NCBI RefSeq assembly: GCF_963921235.1
Contig: NC_086097.1
Location: 97,156,001-97,220,000 of the forward strand
Length of the DNA stretch: 64,000 bases
Direction: 5' to 3'
From: Mobula hypostoma
Lineage: Eukaryota
Position numbers and translations under genes: made by a program. The notes beneath the pieces are model-generated. The model was given only the letters and a program-made list of their open reading frames with translations. It did no database searches and was not told where the DNA came from. Positions 51,447 through 64,000 of the stretch are shown here, one piece after another (the stretch's first letter is position 1; each line of letters opens with the position of its first letter).

Positions 51447-52869
51447 ATCTGGACTATTTAAACGAGCAAAAATGCTTAATCAACGAATATTAGAATCAAA
51501 ATCTGGTTTGATGTCACCTACATACGTCATGAAATTTGGCAGCAGTACAATGCAAAACATGATAATATAGAGGGAAAAGTAAATCAATTACAGTCAGTAT
51601 ATATATGGGTATTAAATAGTTAAATTAAAAATAGCGCAGAAACATAATTAATAAAAGTGAGGTTGTGTTCATAGGTTCAATGTCCATTTAGGTATTGGAT
51701 GGCAGAAGGGAAGAAACTGATCCTGAATCACTGAGTGTGTGCCTTCAGGCTTCTGTACATCATTCTTAATGGTGACAATGAGAAGAGGGTTTGTCCTGGG
51801 TGAAAGGGGCCCTTAATGATGGACGCTGCCTTTCTGAGACACCGCTCCTTGACGATATCTTGGATATTACTCCCGCTATATTCAAGAACAGGGACAGATT
51901 AACCTATCAGCCCGCACGCCTTTAGATGTGAGAGGATGTGTAGCGAGGAGAATATAATGAACAATGTAGATTTTTGTTAGCAGAGCAGAAGCTACAGGAA
52001 GTAGCCATTTGGTGCGGGTCTATTGTGCGGTAAAGTTCGTAGCGTTATTGTGATGAAGGGTCATTTGCCTGAAATGCTAAGTCACAAATGCCCTCCACTT
52101 TCTTAATATTTTCAGCATTTCCTATTTTTATGTAAAATCTCCAGCATTTGTGGTTATTACTTCCAATATAGATGGCCTGTTTGGAAGTTCTACGACCTAA
52201 CCCCTGAATGAAATTAGGACCCTTCTTTCCCATTTGTCACCGGTAGCTGGAGAATTTCAAAATGCGCAAGATCAATGGGTCCCACCATCGTGGGAAGGAA
52301 GACCGGACATGAACCGGAGTTTGTCGAAGTCAAATCACAGAACCTGCGTAAGGAAGCGTTGCAACAAATATATGTTTTATCGAAGGTCCTGTAGTCATGT
52401 GCATGAAGTTGTCTTTGCGTGAAATTCCAAGCAATAAAGAATCTAACCATTACATCCCATTGCATTACCTTTGCTGAATCCTTCATCATTAATATTTAGG
52501 TGGTGATTAACGTCCAAACATTTTACCGGACCAGCCATATTAATACCATGACCACAACGACTGATTCACTGCATGGCATCACTCGGTCCGTTTCGTTCTA
52601 TAAGGCAGAATGTCCTCTGTTTGCTTGGACAACTGTGGTGCGAACAATGCTCAGCACTCCAGGAGAAAAGGGATTCCCTCCATCTCAACCAGGCTAAGCA
52701 GGCGTTCCTTTCACTGGTCATTGTACCTGCCGAGTGTACCCTCGACAACCCTCACCGTCCGGGCTACTCGGACAGCGTCTCACAAACCCGTGACCTCTAG
52801 CAACAAGAAATAAAGGGCAGCAGGCAGATAACCACTCTCTAATTTATTTCCATAAAACCATGAGTCCAT

Positions 52870-53890
52870 ACAACATAGGAATAGAATTATGCCTTTTGGC
52901 CCATTGAATCTGCTCCACCATTTAATTATGGCTTATTTATTATCCCTCTCAACACCAAACCACTGCCTTCTGCCCATAACCTTTGACACACCTACTAATA
53001 AAATCCTGTCGATCTCTACTTTGAATATATCTAGTGACTTGGCCTCCACGGCCGTCTTTGATAATGAGTTCCACAGATTTGCCATTCTCTGGCAAAAAAA
53101 TTCCTCCTGATCTCTGCTCTAAAGGGACTTACTTCTATTCCAAGGCTGTGCTACCTGGTCCTTGACCCCCACCCCCATTATACAAAACATCCTCTCCACA
53201 TCCAATCTATCTGGACCCTTCCAATATTCGACAGGTTTCAATAATATTTCCCCCTCATTCTACAGTGACTATAGGCCTAGAGCCATCAAATGCTCTGGAT
53301 ACCTTAACCCATTCTTTTCTGGAATCATTCTTGTGAACCTCCTCTGGACCCCTTCCAAAGCCATCACATCTCTTCCTAGATAAGAGGCCCAAAACTGCTC
53401 ACAATACTTCAAGTGCTCAGTGGGGGCGCCAATGCTTGTTTTCTGGTGGGAAGTGGGGGGGGGGGCGCGGGTGAGAGTCGTTGCCTTGCTGCTGCTTACG
53501 CGTGGGAGGGGGAGCTTGGGGTGGGCTTTGGGTTCTAACATTTAATTGTCATTCATTCTTTGGGGCACTCCTCTACTTTCGTGGTTGTTTGCAAAGAAAA
53601 AGAATATCAGGATGTATATTGTATACATTACTCTGACATTAAATGTACCTATTGAAGTGCGGTCTGACCAATGCCTTATAAAGCCCCAACATTACATACT
53701 TGCTTTTATATTTTAGTCGTCTGGAAATAAATGCTAGCGTTGCATTTGTCGTCCTAACCACCAACTCAACCAGCAATTAAATCTTTTAAACTTGCTGGTT
53801 GAGTTGGTGGTAAGGACGGCAAACACAAAGCTAGCATTTATTTCCAGAGGACTAAGATCCCTTTGCCCCTCTGATTTCTGAACTTGCTCC
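52870..53890 (-). mobile_element. CR1 3' fragment with a nested insertion and a fold-back
   Basis: LKYCEQFWASYL..LEGVQRRFTRMIP; insert at 53417-53655 flanked by AAGTGC/AAGTGC. Confidence 0.8.
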
Positions 53891-56377
53891 TCCTTTATGA
53901 AATTTCCCTCCAGAATGTGGTCCATCCTTATTCAAATGCAGTGTTGCCAGCCAAAAGAATTGCAGTGGTTCAAGATGGCATGCCCTGAATCCGATATAAC
54001 ATATCCCATGAGAGGGAATCGAAACAAGCATCATATGCAATGTCTCTAATCTTCAGTCTGATGTGGCAAGAAGTGCACACGATGGGTTTCTGTGATGAAA
54101 TTGGAAATTTATTCTTACAACAATGAACAGAATGCTGTCTGACGTCGGAAATAGCACTTCGAGAGATATCTCGTGCTGTGATACCAACAGCACTGAGGCT
54201 GGAGCTGATTTTTATCTTTCCCCTCGTGCCTTAAGAAAAGGTGTGTATTAGGAATGGGTGCAAAGAGCCGCCTTAGTCGGTAATAAAAGTGTGAGGAGGA
54301 TGAAAAGGTTTGAGTTTGAGTTAGTGTAAGGCGAGCAAAGAGCACCGTGAACAGGTGTTGCCTTGTGCCATGGGACATACATCTGAAAGAAAGAGATATT
54401 AAGAAAAAAGGAAGCAGATTCCAGAGATGAAATGACATCACAACAGCATTTGGCCAGGCTTGGCATCAAGTCATCCTGATAAAACTGAAATCAATGGGCA
54501 AAGGGACAATATTCCAGTGGTTATAGTAATACTTCATAAAAGGGCAGGTTATCGTAGCTAAGCATGGCTCAACTGTAGCACAGAACCTGAGGATCTCCAA
54601 TATAAATTCGAAATGTACAAAGCATCCACAGTAAATCCCAACATGCCACATTGCTCAATGGAGTACTGACAACAAACTCCTGACTTTTACTGATAGTTGG
54701 GCAAGTTGTAAAAAAAATCTGTTGGTACTGAATAGTTCGGTATGAATTTTATGCTGGATTAACAAGGACCACTGTGATAAAGAAAGAGTGCTATGTTTAG
54801 TGTCTAAATTTTGATCAAAGAATTATTTGCTGGGTCTGAGAACCAATGACAGAGAGTATTAACCTCAATCAGCATTAATCCCCACTGACATGTTTCTTGT
54901 CCTTAAATGCACAGTCACTGGTAAACTATGGGTATGCACAAAGCATTCATCTAATTCACTCGTCCCCTACACTAGTTTCCCAGTTATTTTTGGCCTACCA
55001 TTTCTAATAGCATCGTAATCATCCACCATAATTTTGCAGTCGCTCAATTCCCCTTTCTCCCTAGGTCTATTGATAGCATTTGTATGCTTTACATAGACTC
55101 TTGTTCACTTTATTTGAGGTGTTGGATTTTAGAAGGTCAAATGCAAAACGTAAATATACGGTAAATGGCAGGTTCTATTTTGTGGCCCTCCGTTTGTTGG
55201 GATGCTGCATCCTAGCTATTCACGTCGAAGTCAAGACGCAAGCCAGTACACAATCTAGGGCAGTACAATATGGAGAGCAAGCTGTTGTCGATGCAGCAGG
55301 CTACCGCTCTTCACGCAGCAGATACATCCAAAGGAATGACAGAGATCGATATAGTTTGGCACCAGCCGGGTCGCAGGTGCTGCCATCTAGGCTTGAATTC
55401 AGCGTTGGACTGCCTTAGGAATTCCAGCTCCGGATTTTTCCTCGGGGCTTCTTCCAAAGCCTTCCCCGTGAAAGGGTACAGACTCAAGGCAGCAGAAGTT
55501 TGAGATCAGATTTTTTTCCTTCTCCTAGATGTGCTGTTAACCACGGCTGATGAGCACCATTAGCTGGGAGGACCCTTTAGAGCACTGATTTACTGAGGGA
55601 TTGGGTACATGTCCTTGGCTTCCTGATGATGGCAACGCACACAGAGGGTGGTAAATAAGGTGTATGATTTGCATCTCCATTGGTGGGGGGGTCACTAAAC
55701 TTACAAGTCAAGAAGCCATGCTGTAGATATGATTTTGATTGGACTAAATTGAGAGAATTGCGTGCAGTTCTGGTAGCGTCATTGCGGGAAGGATATGGAG
55801 ACACTGGAAAGGGTACTGAAGAGGTTCACCAGAAAATGCTAAAAAGGAAGTCGTGGAGCAGGTTATGCATGTCAGGTATAATCTGTGGAAGCAAAGGGAA
55901 GATGGATGCTTTGGATGATAACCTGCATCATCACAGAGAGGGGAGGGTGGAGATAGCCGGCATAATGTGAAAGAGGAAGTGGCTGGCAGACAATAGATGA
56001 AGGAGCGGTGATGCACAGATAGATCTAGATTGGGGACTGGGAAGAGTGGGTTGACAGGAATGACTGGTGGGTGATAGAAAGTGATAGATAAGGAGAGAGG
56101 AGAAAATGAGCAGATGAAGCCAGGTTTCAAATGCACATATAATGTCAGAGAAATGTATGCAATATGCATCCTGAAATTCTTTTTCTTTGCAACCATCCAC
56201 GAAAATTGAGAAGTGCCCCAAAGAATGAATGACAGTTAAATGTTAGAACCGCAGAGCCCCCACCCAGCTCCCCCCTCCCACACGTAGGCAGCAGCAAAGC
56301 AACGATCCCCCTTCCTCAACCAGCAAAAAAAAATTCGGCGCCCTCCACCGAGCACTCAAGCGTGTAGCAAAGCATCA

Positions 56378-57859
56378 ATGCTCAAAGCCTGTGCCCCTCA
56401 GCTATGTGGAGTACTTCGCCATGTCTTCAACCTGAGCCTGAGGCTCCGGAGGGTTTCTGTACTGTGGAAGACGTCCTGCCTCGTCCCTGTGGCGAAGACG
56501 CCGCGCCCCAGCGGCCTCAATGACTACAGACCGGTGGCATTGACCTCCCACATCATGAAGACCCTGTAGAGACTTGCTCTGGAGCTGCTCCGGCCTGTGG
56601 TCAGGCCACACTTAGATCCCCTCCAGTTCGCCTACTAGCCCCGACTAGGAGTTGAGGATGCCATCGTCTACCTGCTGAACCGTGTCTACGCCCACCTGGA
56701 CAAGCCAGCGAGCACTGTGAGGGTCATGTTTTTTGACTTCTCCAGTGCGTTCAACACTATCCGCCCAGCTCTGCTGGGGGAGAAGCTGACAGCGATGCAG
56801 GTGGATGCTTTCCTGGTATCATGGATCCTTGATTACCTGACTGGCAGACCACAGTACGTGTGCTTGCAACACTGTGTGTCCGACAGAGTGATCAGCAGCA
56901 CTGGGGCTCCACAGGGGACTGTCTTGTATCCCTTTTTCTTCACCATTTGCACCTCGAACTTCAACTACTGCACAGAGTCTTGTCATCTTCAGAAGTTTTC
57001 TGATGACTCTGCCATAGTTGGATGCATCAGCAGGGAAGATGAGGCTGAGTACAGGGCTACGGTAGGAAACTTTGTCACATGGTGTGAGCAGAATTATCTG
57101 CAGCTTAATGTGAAAAAGACTAAGGAGCTAGTGGTAGACTTGAGGAGAGCTAAGGTACCGGTGACGCCTGTTTCCATCCAAGGGATCAGTGTGGACATGG
57201 TGGAGGATTACAAATACCTAGGGATACGAATTGACAATAAACTGGACTTGTCGAAGAACACTGAGGCCGTCTACAAGAAGGGTCAGAGCCGTCTCTATTT
57301 CCTGAGGAGACTGAGGTCCTTTAACATCTGCCGGATGATGCTGAGGGTGTTCTTCGAGTCTGTGGTGGTCAGTGCGATCATGTTTGCTGTTGTGTGCTGG
57401 GACAGCAAGCTGAGGGTAGCAGACACCAACAGAATCAACAAACTCATTCGTAAGGCCAGTGATGTTGTGGGGATGGAACTGGACTCTCTGACGGTGGTGT
57501 CTGAAAAGAGGATGCTGTCCAAGTTGCATGCCATCTTGGACAATGTTTCTCATCCACTACATAATGTACTGGTTGGGCACAGGAGTACATTCAGCCAGAG
57601 ACTCATTCCGCCGAGATGCAACACCGAGAGCGTCATAGGAAGTCATTCCTGTCTGTGGCTATCAAACTTTACAACTTCTCCCTTGGAGGGTCAGACACCC
57701 TGAGCCAATAGGCTGGACTTGGACTTATTTCCTGGCATAATTTACATATTACTATTTAACTATTTATGGTTTTGTAACTATTTAATTATTTATGGTACAA
57801 CTGTAACGAAAACCAATTTCCCCTGGGATCAATAAAGTATGACTATGACTATGACTATG
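56378..57859 (+). mobile_element. 5'-truncated Rex1/Babar LINE (RT), relatively young
   Basis: NDYRPVALTSHIMK; FFDFSSAFNTI..GAPQGTVL..KFSDDSA..YKYLG; two in-frame stops upstream of the 328-aa ORF; (GACTAT)n tail. Confidence 0.95.
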
Positions 57860-57917
57860 AAGTCAGACTTGCAGTACCCAAACACTACTTGTTCACCCAG
57901 TAACTTGACACACCACA

Positions 57918-57919
<2 letters not shown>

Positions 57920-58003
<84 letters not shown>
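57920..58003. repeat. (CT)n microsatellite
   Basis: About 42 CT units. Confidence 0.98.
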
Positions 58004-58007
<4 letters not shown>

Positions 58008-58913
58008 AATAAGGGAGAAGGAGATGTCCGCATTTCACAGCGAAAGGGGAGACATAACAAACAACTCACTGATTTACGATGTTAAAAGTCCGTTGCGTCG
58101 CTTTTTCCGAGCTCTGTGCCCAAAGAACTCGGGTCTCTGGGCACACAGTCAGAGATCTTCCGTCTCCCACGACATACCGAGTTCCTGCAGAGGCTGCTAC
58201 CTCCAGTCCGCCCACCTCCGGAGCCACGAAATCCCGAAACTCCGAAGGCGTGCTAATCTTCCTTGGTATATCGAATAACAGCCAGTGGTGAGACACTGAG
58301 AACGGGTCCCATTCCCGCAAAGAACCGAAGTCTGCGTGTTACTCCAGGTCAGGGTCTTCAACAGAATCCCGAAAGGGAAAAATAGAGATATTAAAGTGAG
58401 AAATAGAGCTGTTTCCGAAGATGCAAGCAAAGGTGTCGCCGTTAGGCGCCATTGTCTCCCAAGCTCGACCCCCGAGGTTGTGGAAGGGCAGAGACAGAGC
58501 GGCAGATCACCGGAGAGTTAGCGGAGATGTTAACTGAAAGAACACCCCGCCAAAACAAGAAGCTCATTGGACTGCAAACTCGGCGTTTCCTGTTATTATT
58601 GGGCAACATTTTATGATGAAAATTATGACAGACGGAAGGATGAGCCTGAAGTTCACTGTGCAGTCTTGCGCCGCTGTTGCACCAGTGGGCGAAGCACTGG
58701 GTAGGAGCACAGTGAGTTCAAGCTGTCTGCAGAAACAAGGGAGTATCTGCGGTGTGTTTATCTCATTCTTGTTTAAGTTTGCATGTTAGTCTTCCGCGCG
58801 ACGTCAACCTACACTCTTCAATGTCGGCAATAGTAAATAAAAGCACATCTATTATAATGCACAGGAGTTTCCATAGCACAGCTATTCAATTAGTTCTATT
58901 TAATATTCTGTAA

Positions 58914-58965
58914 CTGCTACGACTACTTCTACTACTAATAATAATAATAATAATAATACAATAAT
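58914..58965. repeat. (CTA)n/(ATA)n microsatellite
   Basis: CTACTACTAATAATAATAATAATAATAATA. Confidence 0.85.
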
Positions 58966-61841
58966 GGCGATTTAAAAGTTATTTTATGGTTAGCGTTGTT
59001 GGCTCTATAAGACTTCTAAAGTTCAACCTTATGGCTCGTGTTATCAGAATATGCAGTATTAACAGATTCGATTTAAGCTTTTAGCTCCATTGTTAATGAG
59101 GAATATCTGTTTGCATTTGCAGAGCACCTTTTCACAGTTTACCACCAGAGGTATGTCACTACTGTCATGTTGGAAGTAGAAATGTTGAGCACACCAATCT
59201 CTCGAAAATTTATCAGATGAAGTGTTTCTCATCCCCCTCCCCCCAAAAGGGGTAACAACATGTCGACGGAAGCGCTGTGTAACGGCAGCACGACGGGCGG
59301 CTCCGGCCGTTTAATATCAAGGCTGATCCTGTCCCTACATTCTATTTCTTGCTACGTCTCCTTATCTCTAAATCAGTGTCCAAAGATCCATCATTCTTAT
59401 ATTTCATAGAAGGATGGTATTCAGACCGTCTCTGAGTAATCCCATCAGAGATATTCTCCCACTTACTTCCTCATATCCGACACTCTCGAACACCCATGAA
59501 GAACTAATCCCACCCGCCCTGATTCTCCTGGTAGCCACCTACACTAGGGGAGGTTTATAGGAGCTAGTTAACCTCTCCGTCCTGAATGTACTTAGCAGCA
59601 TGATATCCATGGCCGAATCTTGCTGAAAATTTCATAACAAAAAAGACTACAGTCTTCTGGGCTTAATATTCATGTGTCCGCTGTAGATAACCTCCCACAT
59701 TCCGTCTGTCTGCATTAGAACTGGCAGTTGCTGCCAGTCATAATAGCAACTCCATTTATTCCCCTTTGTGCACCATCTTTCTGGCTGAATATGTCCACAA
59801 ACCCATTGGAAACTCATTTGACAAACGAAAAATGACCATCTTGACCTTAATTGCTACGAAGTGCCAGGTTAAGTCATTTGGTCTCACTCCAATCAGAGGT
59901 ATTGCTATTATCTATCCGATCCCTAACCCACAAATCCCAACCTTTTCTATTAAGTAATACTAACTTGTTTTTTTTCTCTTCCCAGTTCCGATGTGGGATC
60001 CTAGACCGGAGTCGTCGTCTGTTGTTCTTTCTATAAACGCGATCTGTTCTTCTGAGTATTTTCTATCTGGGCTACTTCAGATTTCTAGAATTCTTTGTTA
60101 AAGTTTGCATGTTAGTTACAGAGTGCTTCTACTGAAATGCTGCTACCCTTATATATATTCTCTCATTTCTGTCCTAACGTGTGACCTCTTTTCCGGAAAA
60201 GATGCCCCGCCCAGACTTGTAGAATCTCACTTCTACGGAAACGCTAACGTTACATCCCCCCTCGCCCTGTGGACCCTTCTCTCAGAACATTCACCACGTT
60301 CGTGTAACAAGTCACAATTTTCTGATGTTCGGTCCATTAAGTGTAAATATTGGTGATGGCAAATGTTCCGTTCATCTCTGAATGAATACACAGAACAGGA
60401 CAAGAGTCAACGTGATTCCTGCCATTCAATCCGATCCTGGCCGACTTGCCCAGACGTGAACTCTTTTCTCTGTATCGGATCCCCATAGTCCTCAAGCTCT
60501 CGATGTTTCAAAGATGTTTCCGCGCCGGCCTTAAATACTTGCAATGATCCAGCTTCCACCCCCTGCGGGGTAGACAATTCCAGAAATTCACCACCCTCTG
60601 TGAGAATAAATTTCTCAAGACGGTTTACGACCTAAGCGAGCAGAGTGGGGCTCGATAGAATAGCTCTTCCAAAGTCAACGCATTCTGATGTTTTGCGCCC
60701 ATTTCTCAGGAGGAGACGATTGAAAAGTGAACAAAACCAATCGGCTGCAGATGCTGAGCGGGTCGAGCAGCATCTGTGGGGACGGAACGGAATTGTCCAC
60801 GTTTAGTGCTAGAGAGGAAACTGAGAGAGAGAGTGCACTTCAGAGACAGAGGCAAGTGGGTGATAGCAGGCAAATTGAACTTATGTTTTTCAAACCAGAT
60901 ACGACTAAATTATCAATTGAGCCACGCTACACTATTTTGAGCATTAATTAAATTAACAGCTGCAGAATCCACATTAATTCTAATATTTTGTTTAGAATAT
61001 TATCATTAGATGTTACAATTTTAATGTTATTATACAGAATAGTTTTATTGGAATTGACATCACCGTTGCTATCGTTGACATAATTTTCAATAAATGTTTC
61101 TTTACTTTAGGCGACAACCTTACAAGCAGGTAAACAACCGTTTATAACGAAGATTTTGCCTTTCAGGAAACATCTGTGCACTTAGAAGGCATGTGAGCAC
61201 ATTTTAAGAAAGACACCATGATAAAGTCTAATACTTAATTACTTTTGAACGAGATCGGGAGAATAGAACAATTAGGAAAAAACATCAATATTGGAAATAA
61301 TAATTTGAATTTGATGTGTTGTTTGTAAAGATTACCTTCCGGAAGAAACAATATGCAGTTATGATGGAACAAGTGTTCTTAAAATGTCACACATTAGACC
61401 ATGTTATTACAATTCCTGATACACTCAGCAAAAGATCACGTCACAGGTTGTAACTGACGGAGTTCGACGGGGACTTTGCTAGTGAAAGTAATGTTCATAT
61501 CACTAAAAGACAAGATGACAATATGTTCTAATTTCTTAGATCGGTAAGTGCGCTGAATTGTGTACAGGATATTATTTCACTTGGCAGTTGTATCAATGTA
61601 ACATAACAAATACCACGTGTCCTTCAGCGTTATTCCGTGGTATAAAACAAATAATCTGCCATCATCCTGCTTCAGAACACTCCCGTCCCTCTGTATCAGG
61701 GATTAATACTTGGTGACTTCACAGAAGACTTGCACTGGTATATATCTATATCAGGAACCGGAGACAATCTGCTCTGAACAGGGAGCCCACTGATCATTAG
61801 AGAGAGTGAGCAACGCCGACGACACTAGCTTCCCGTCTGAG

Positions 61842-61937
61842 ATGGAAGAGAAGCAATATGAATTCAGTGGACATCTTTTAAAGATAACGACGTTTAAGGG
61901 AGCCTATCTCGGCGTGTCTGCTTTTGTATGGGAACCT
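61842..61937 (+). CDS. EEF1AKMT3: EEF1AKMT3-like paralog D, first coding exon (remainder presumably beyond the window)
   Basis: MEEKQYEFSGHLLKITTFKGAYLGVSAFVWEP, then GTAAGT at 61938; closest to paralog B exon 1; too short for the ORF track. Confidence 0.85.
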
Positions 61938-62452
61938 GTAAGTCCAGCTACTTGTAACAAATGTATTGTATGAGTTTACACCTAATTTCCAACTCACTGG
62001 CATGAATGTAGGATTTATTTACCAAAACTCTGCCCAACACACCGATACTGTACACAACCGACCTCCCCAACACCTACCCCCGCGCCATCAACTCCTTCCC
62101 AGTTACAGTGGTATTCACAGCCTTACTGGATCCAGGCCAGGGCTGAAAGTTGCCTCATATTTTAAAAATCCCAAGGATCTATAGTAGGTATCGAGAGCCC
62201 AGTAGAGCAGCATAGCTCCTTCTTCAATCTACAGCTTCTGCTGCGTTTCGTCACATGAATGTTAAGCTTCTAAGTTATTCTCTCACCCGGCGTTCACTTC
62301 CCCACCATGACAATGTTTTGTGTCAGGTGACATATGGTTCACGGTGTAGTTTCGCGCGATCCACCCTTCCTCCTTTTCGTCCGCGTCAGAGCCACAACGG
62401 CCAAGGGTATTTATGCTCCTTTTACGGTCTTCTCCCACCCATGTAATCTTTC

Positions 62453-63744
62453 TGTCATAAAGGAAGGGGCGCTGGCAGCGGACCTGAATGCAAGGACACA
62501 GACACTGAAGTATTAGGAACAGGCTCGGAGTGAGAGCGGGGACAAGAACAGAGACTTGGGCAAGGACATTGGCTAGGCAAGCGGGACCAGGACAAGGAAC
62601 TGGGAACTAGGAGCCTGGGCTTGGACTCCGAGCCGGAGACTGGACAAGGACCCAGAACCTGGGTCTTGACTCGGGATCGGACCCCGGAACTAGGCGAGGA
62701 CATGACGTGGCTACAGGACTGGGCATGGCTTGGGTTCTTCGAGGCGAGGACATAACGAGGCTTGGGTTCGGGCTCCGAGCCAGAGACAGGACAAGGACCC
62801 AGAACCTGGGTCTTGATTCGGGCTCAGACTCCAGAACTAAGCGAAAACATGACGTGGTTTTGGCAGACAGGACTAGGCGAGGCTACAGGACATAACGAGA
62901 GACTCCTGGGCAAGACGAGGGATCTCTAGTACAGGACGAAGCACATGGACAGAACGAGAACATGAAGCCTTGACTTGGTACTCAGGAACAGCTGAGTCTT
63001 GGACTTGGGACTACAAGAGCCTCGGCAGCCTGGACTTGGGACGACAGGAACGCAGAACACAGAGCCCTGGTCTTGGGGAGGACGGGAACACAGAGCCTTG
63101 GTCTCGAGCATGGTAACATGGAGCCTTGGACTTGAGAGAAAGGAACACAAGGACATGGAACACAGAGCTGGGATCCCTCCTTGGGAACAGGACTTAGGGC
63201 CGGGACTCGTACACAGAAAACAGAGCCAGGACCCCTCTTTGGGAGCAGGACGTAGGGCCGGGACTCATACACAGAACACCGGGAGACAGGTCTCCGCTCA
63301 AGGTAACGGCAAACGGCCGGACCTACCTAGCAAAGGTGTGGACACAGAGACGTTTCCCAACATTAGGTAGCGGCAAACGGCCCGACCTACCTAGTGAAGG
63401 CGTGGACACAGAGACAGTTCAAAACAACAATAGACAGTTCCTTATCTTAGTCCAGCGGTTGAACTTGACAGCGGTTCAGGCGAAGGTTGCAGGCGCGGGT
63501 TACAGGCGAGGCAAGGCTTCAGGAGGAAGAGGCCAAGAAGGGATTCAGACAGGGGGGGTTTTGACAGGAACAATTCAGCAGCCAAGCCCTGGTCTCCGGA
63601 AGTATTTATGTGTCTTTCCAAACGAGAATCATGTGTCTCAATTAGAGCACCCAACAGAACAAAGGAAAACCAGAAAACCTGGTATAAGGATCGATTGACC
63701 GGTCCGTGAACCGGAATGCGGACTTCAAAGATCGGACCATGACA
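62453..63744 (-). mobile_element. Solo LTR (family I) in intron 1 of paralog D
   Basis: TGTCA..TGACA termini; perfect TSD CTTTC (62448-62452 / 63745-63749); homologous to 34228-36225 but without the 33-bp array. Confidence 0.9.
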
Positions 63745-64000
63745 CTTTCTGGACCCACAAATGAAACTACAAAGCACATTCTTCGGCACGAGGTTACTGC
63801 AGGGCTGCGAATGGTTGACATGAAGTGATTATAGCGCCTAGAAAACGCCCGTTGCAATTCTGAAACATTTGGGGAAGAACTATGGCTCGTTCTCATGTGA
63901 ATTCTACCCAGTACTCTGCTTGGGTTGAAAAATGAGCTCTGTCAGTCCACCTCAAAACGAAACGTGAAGTGACAATATGTGCATATCTTAGACACGGATC

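Larger units (their letters stand above)
56120..58458 (-). mobile_element. Copy of the non-autonomous element family of 47117-47940, split by a Rex1 insertion and a CT microsatellite
   Basis: TTCCGAAGATGCAAGCAAAGG..GCGCCAT (58413-58452) and TGCCCCAAAGAATGAATGACAGTTAAATG (~56215) match the 47-kb copy in reverse. Confidence 0.72.

Noticed and set aside
52050..52085. Additional hammerhead (TGATGAAGGG..CCTGAAATG)
   Set aside because: Core C and cleavage triplet missing; an old decayed PLE end
55160..55840. RTE-like 5' UTR remnant with a possible ribozyme (CTGATGA at ~55547)
   Set aside because: No matching GAAA/stem arrangement seen; family assignment too uncertain
56717..57703. 328-aa reverse transcriptase as a functional or domesticated gene
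   Set aside because: 5'-truncated Rex1 copy with upstream in-frame stops and its microsatellite tail intact
61111..61192. Two micro-exons upstream of paralog D
   Set aside because: They would need a 37-nt intron; splice-like motifs are common in AT-rich DNA

Overview
Eukaryotic, intron-containing, repeat-dense vertebrate DNA. The repeat repertoire (CR1, Rex1/Babar, Penelope-like GIY-YIG elements, V-SINE/HE1-type SINEs, Gypsy LTRs) suggests a cartilaginous fish; this is an inference. Almost all ORFs in the supplied track are spurious or TE remnants. The real genes are a tandem cluster of EEF1AKMT3 (METTL21B)-like class I protein-lysine methyltransferases. Two are complete 3-coding-exon copies on the minus strand: B (20778-15266, 210 aa) and C (38068-31721, 228 aa). 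Two more are plus-strand first coding exons: A (8018-8185), with no exon 2/3 that I could find, and D (61842-61937), whose remainder probably lies beyond the window. The main non-coding signal is a family of Penelope-like element ends carrying a minimal type I hammerhead ribozyme motif. Several are tiny or palindromic inserts with 12-13 bp target-site duplications (TSDs). Also present: four TG..CA solo LTRs with 5-bp TSDs (two with internal minisatellites), a 1.9-kb internally deleted LTR element with a PNMA-like gag stub and a tRNA-Pro PBS, a deleted chromovirus, and a nested TE stack at 41-52 kb. All alignments and counts were done by eye.
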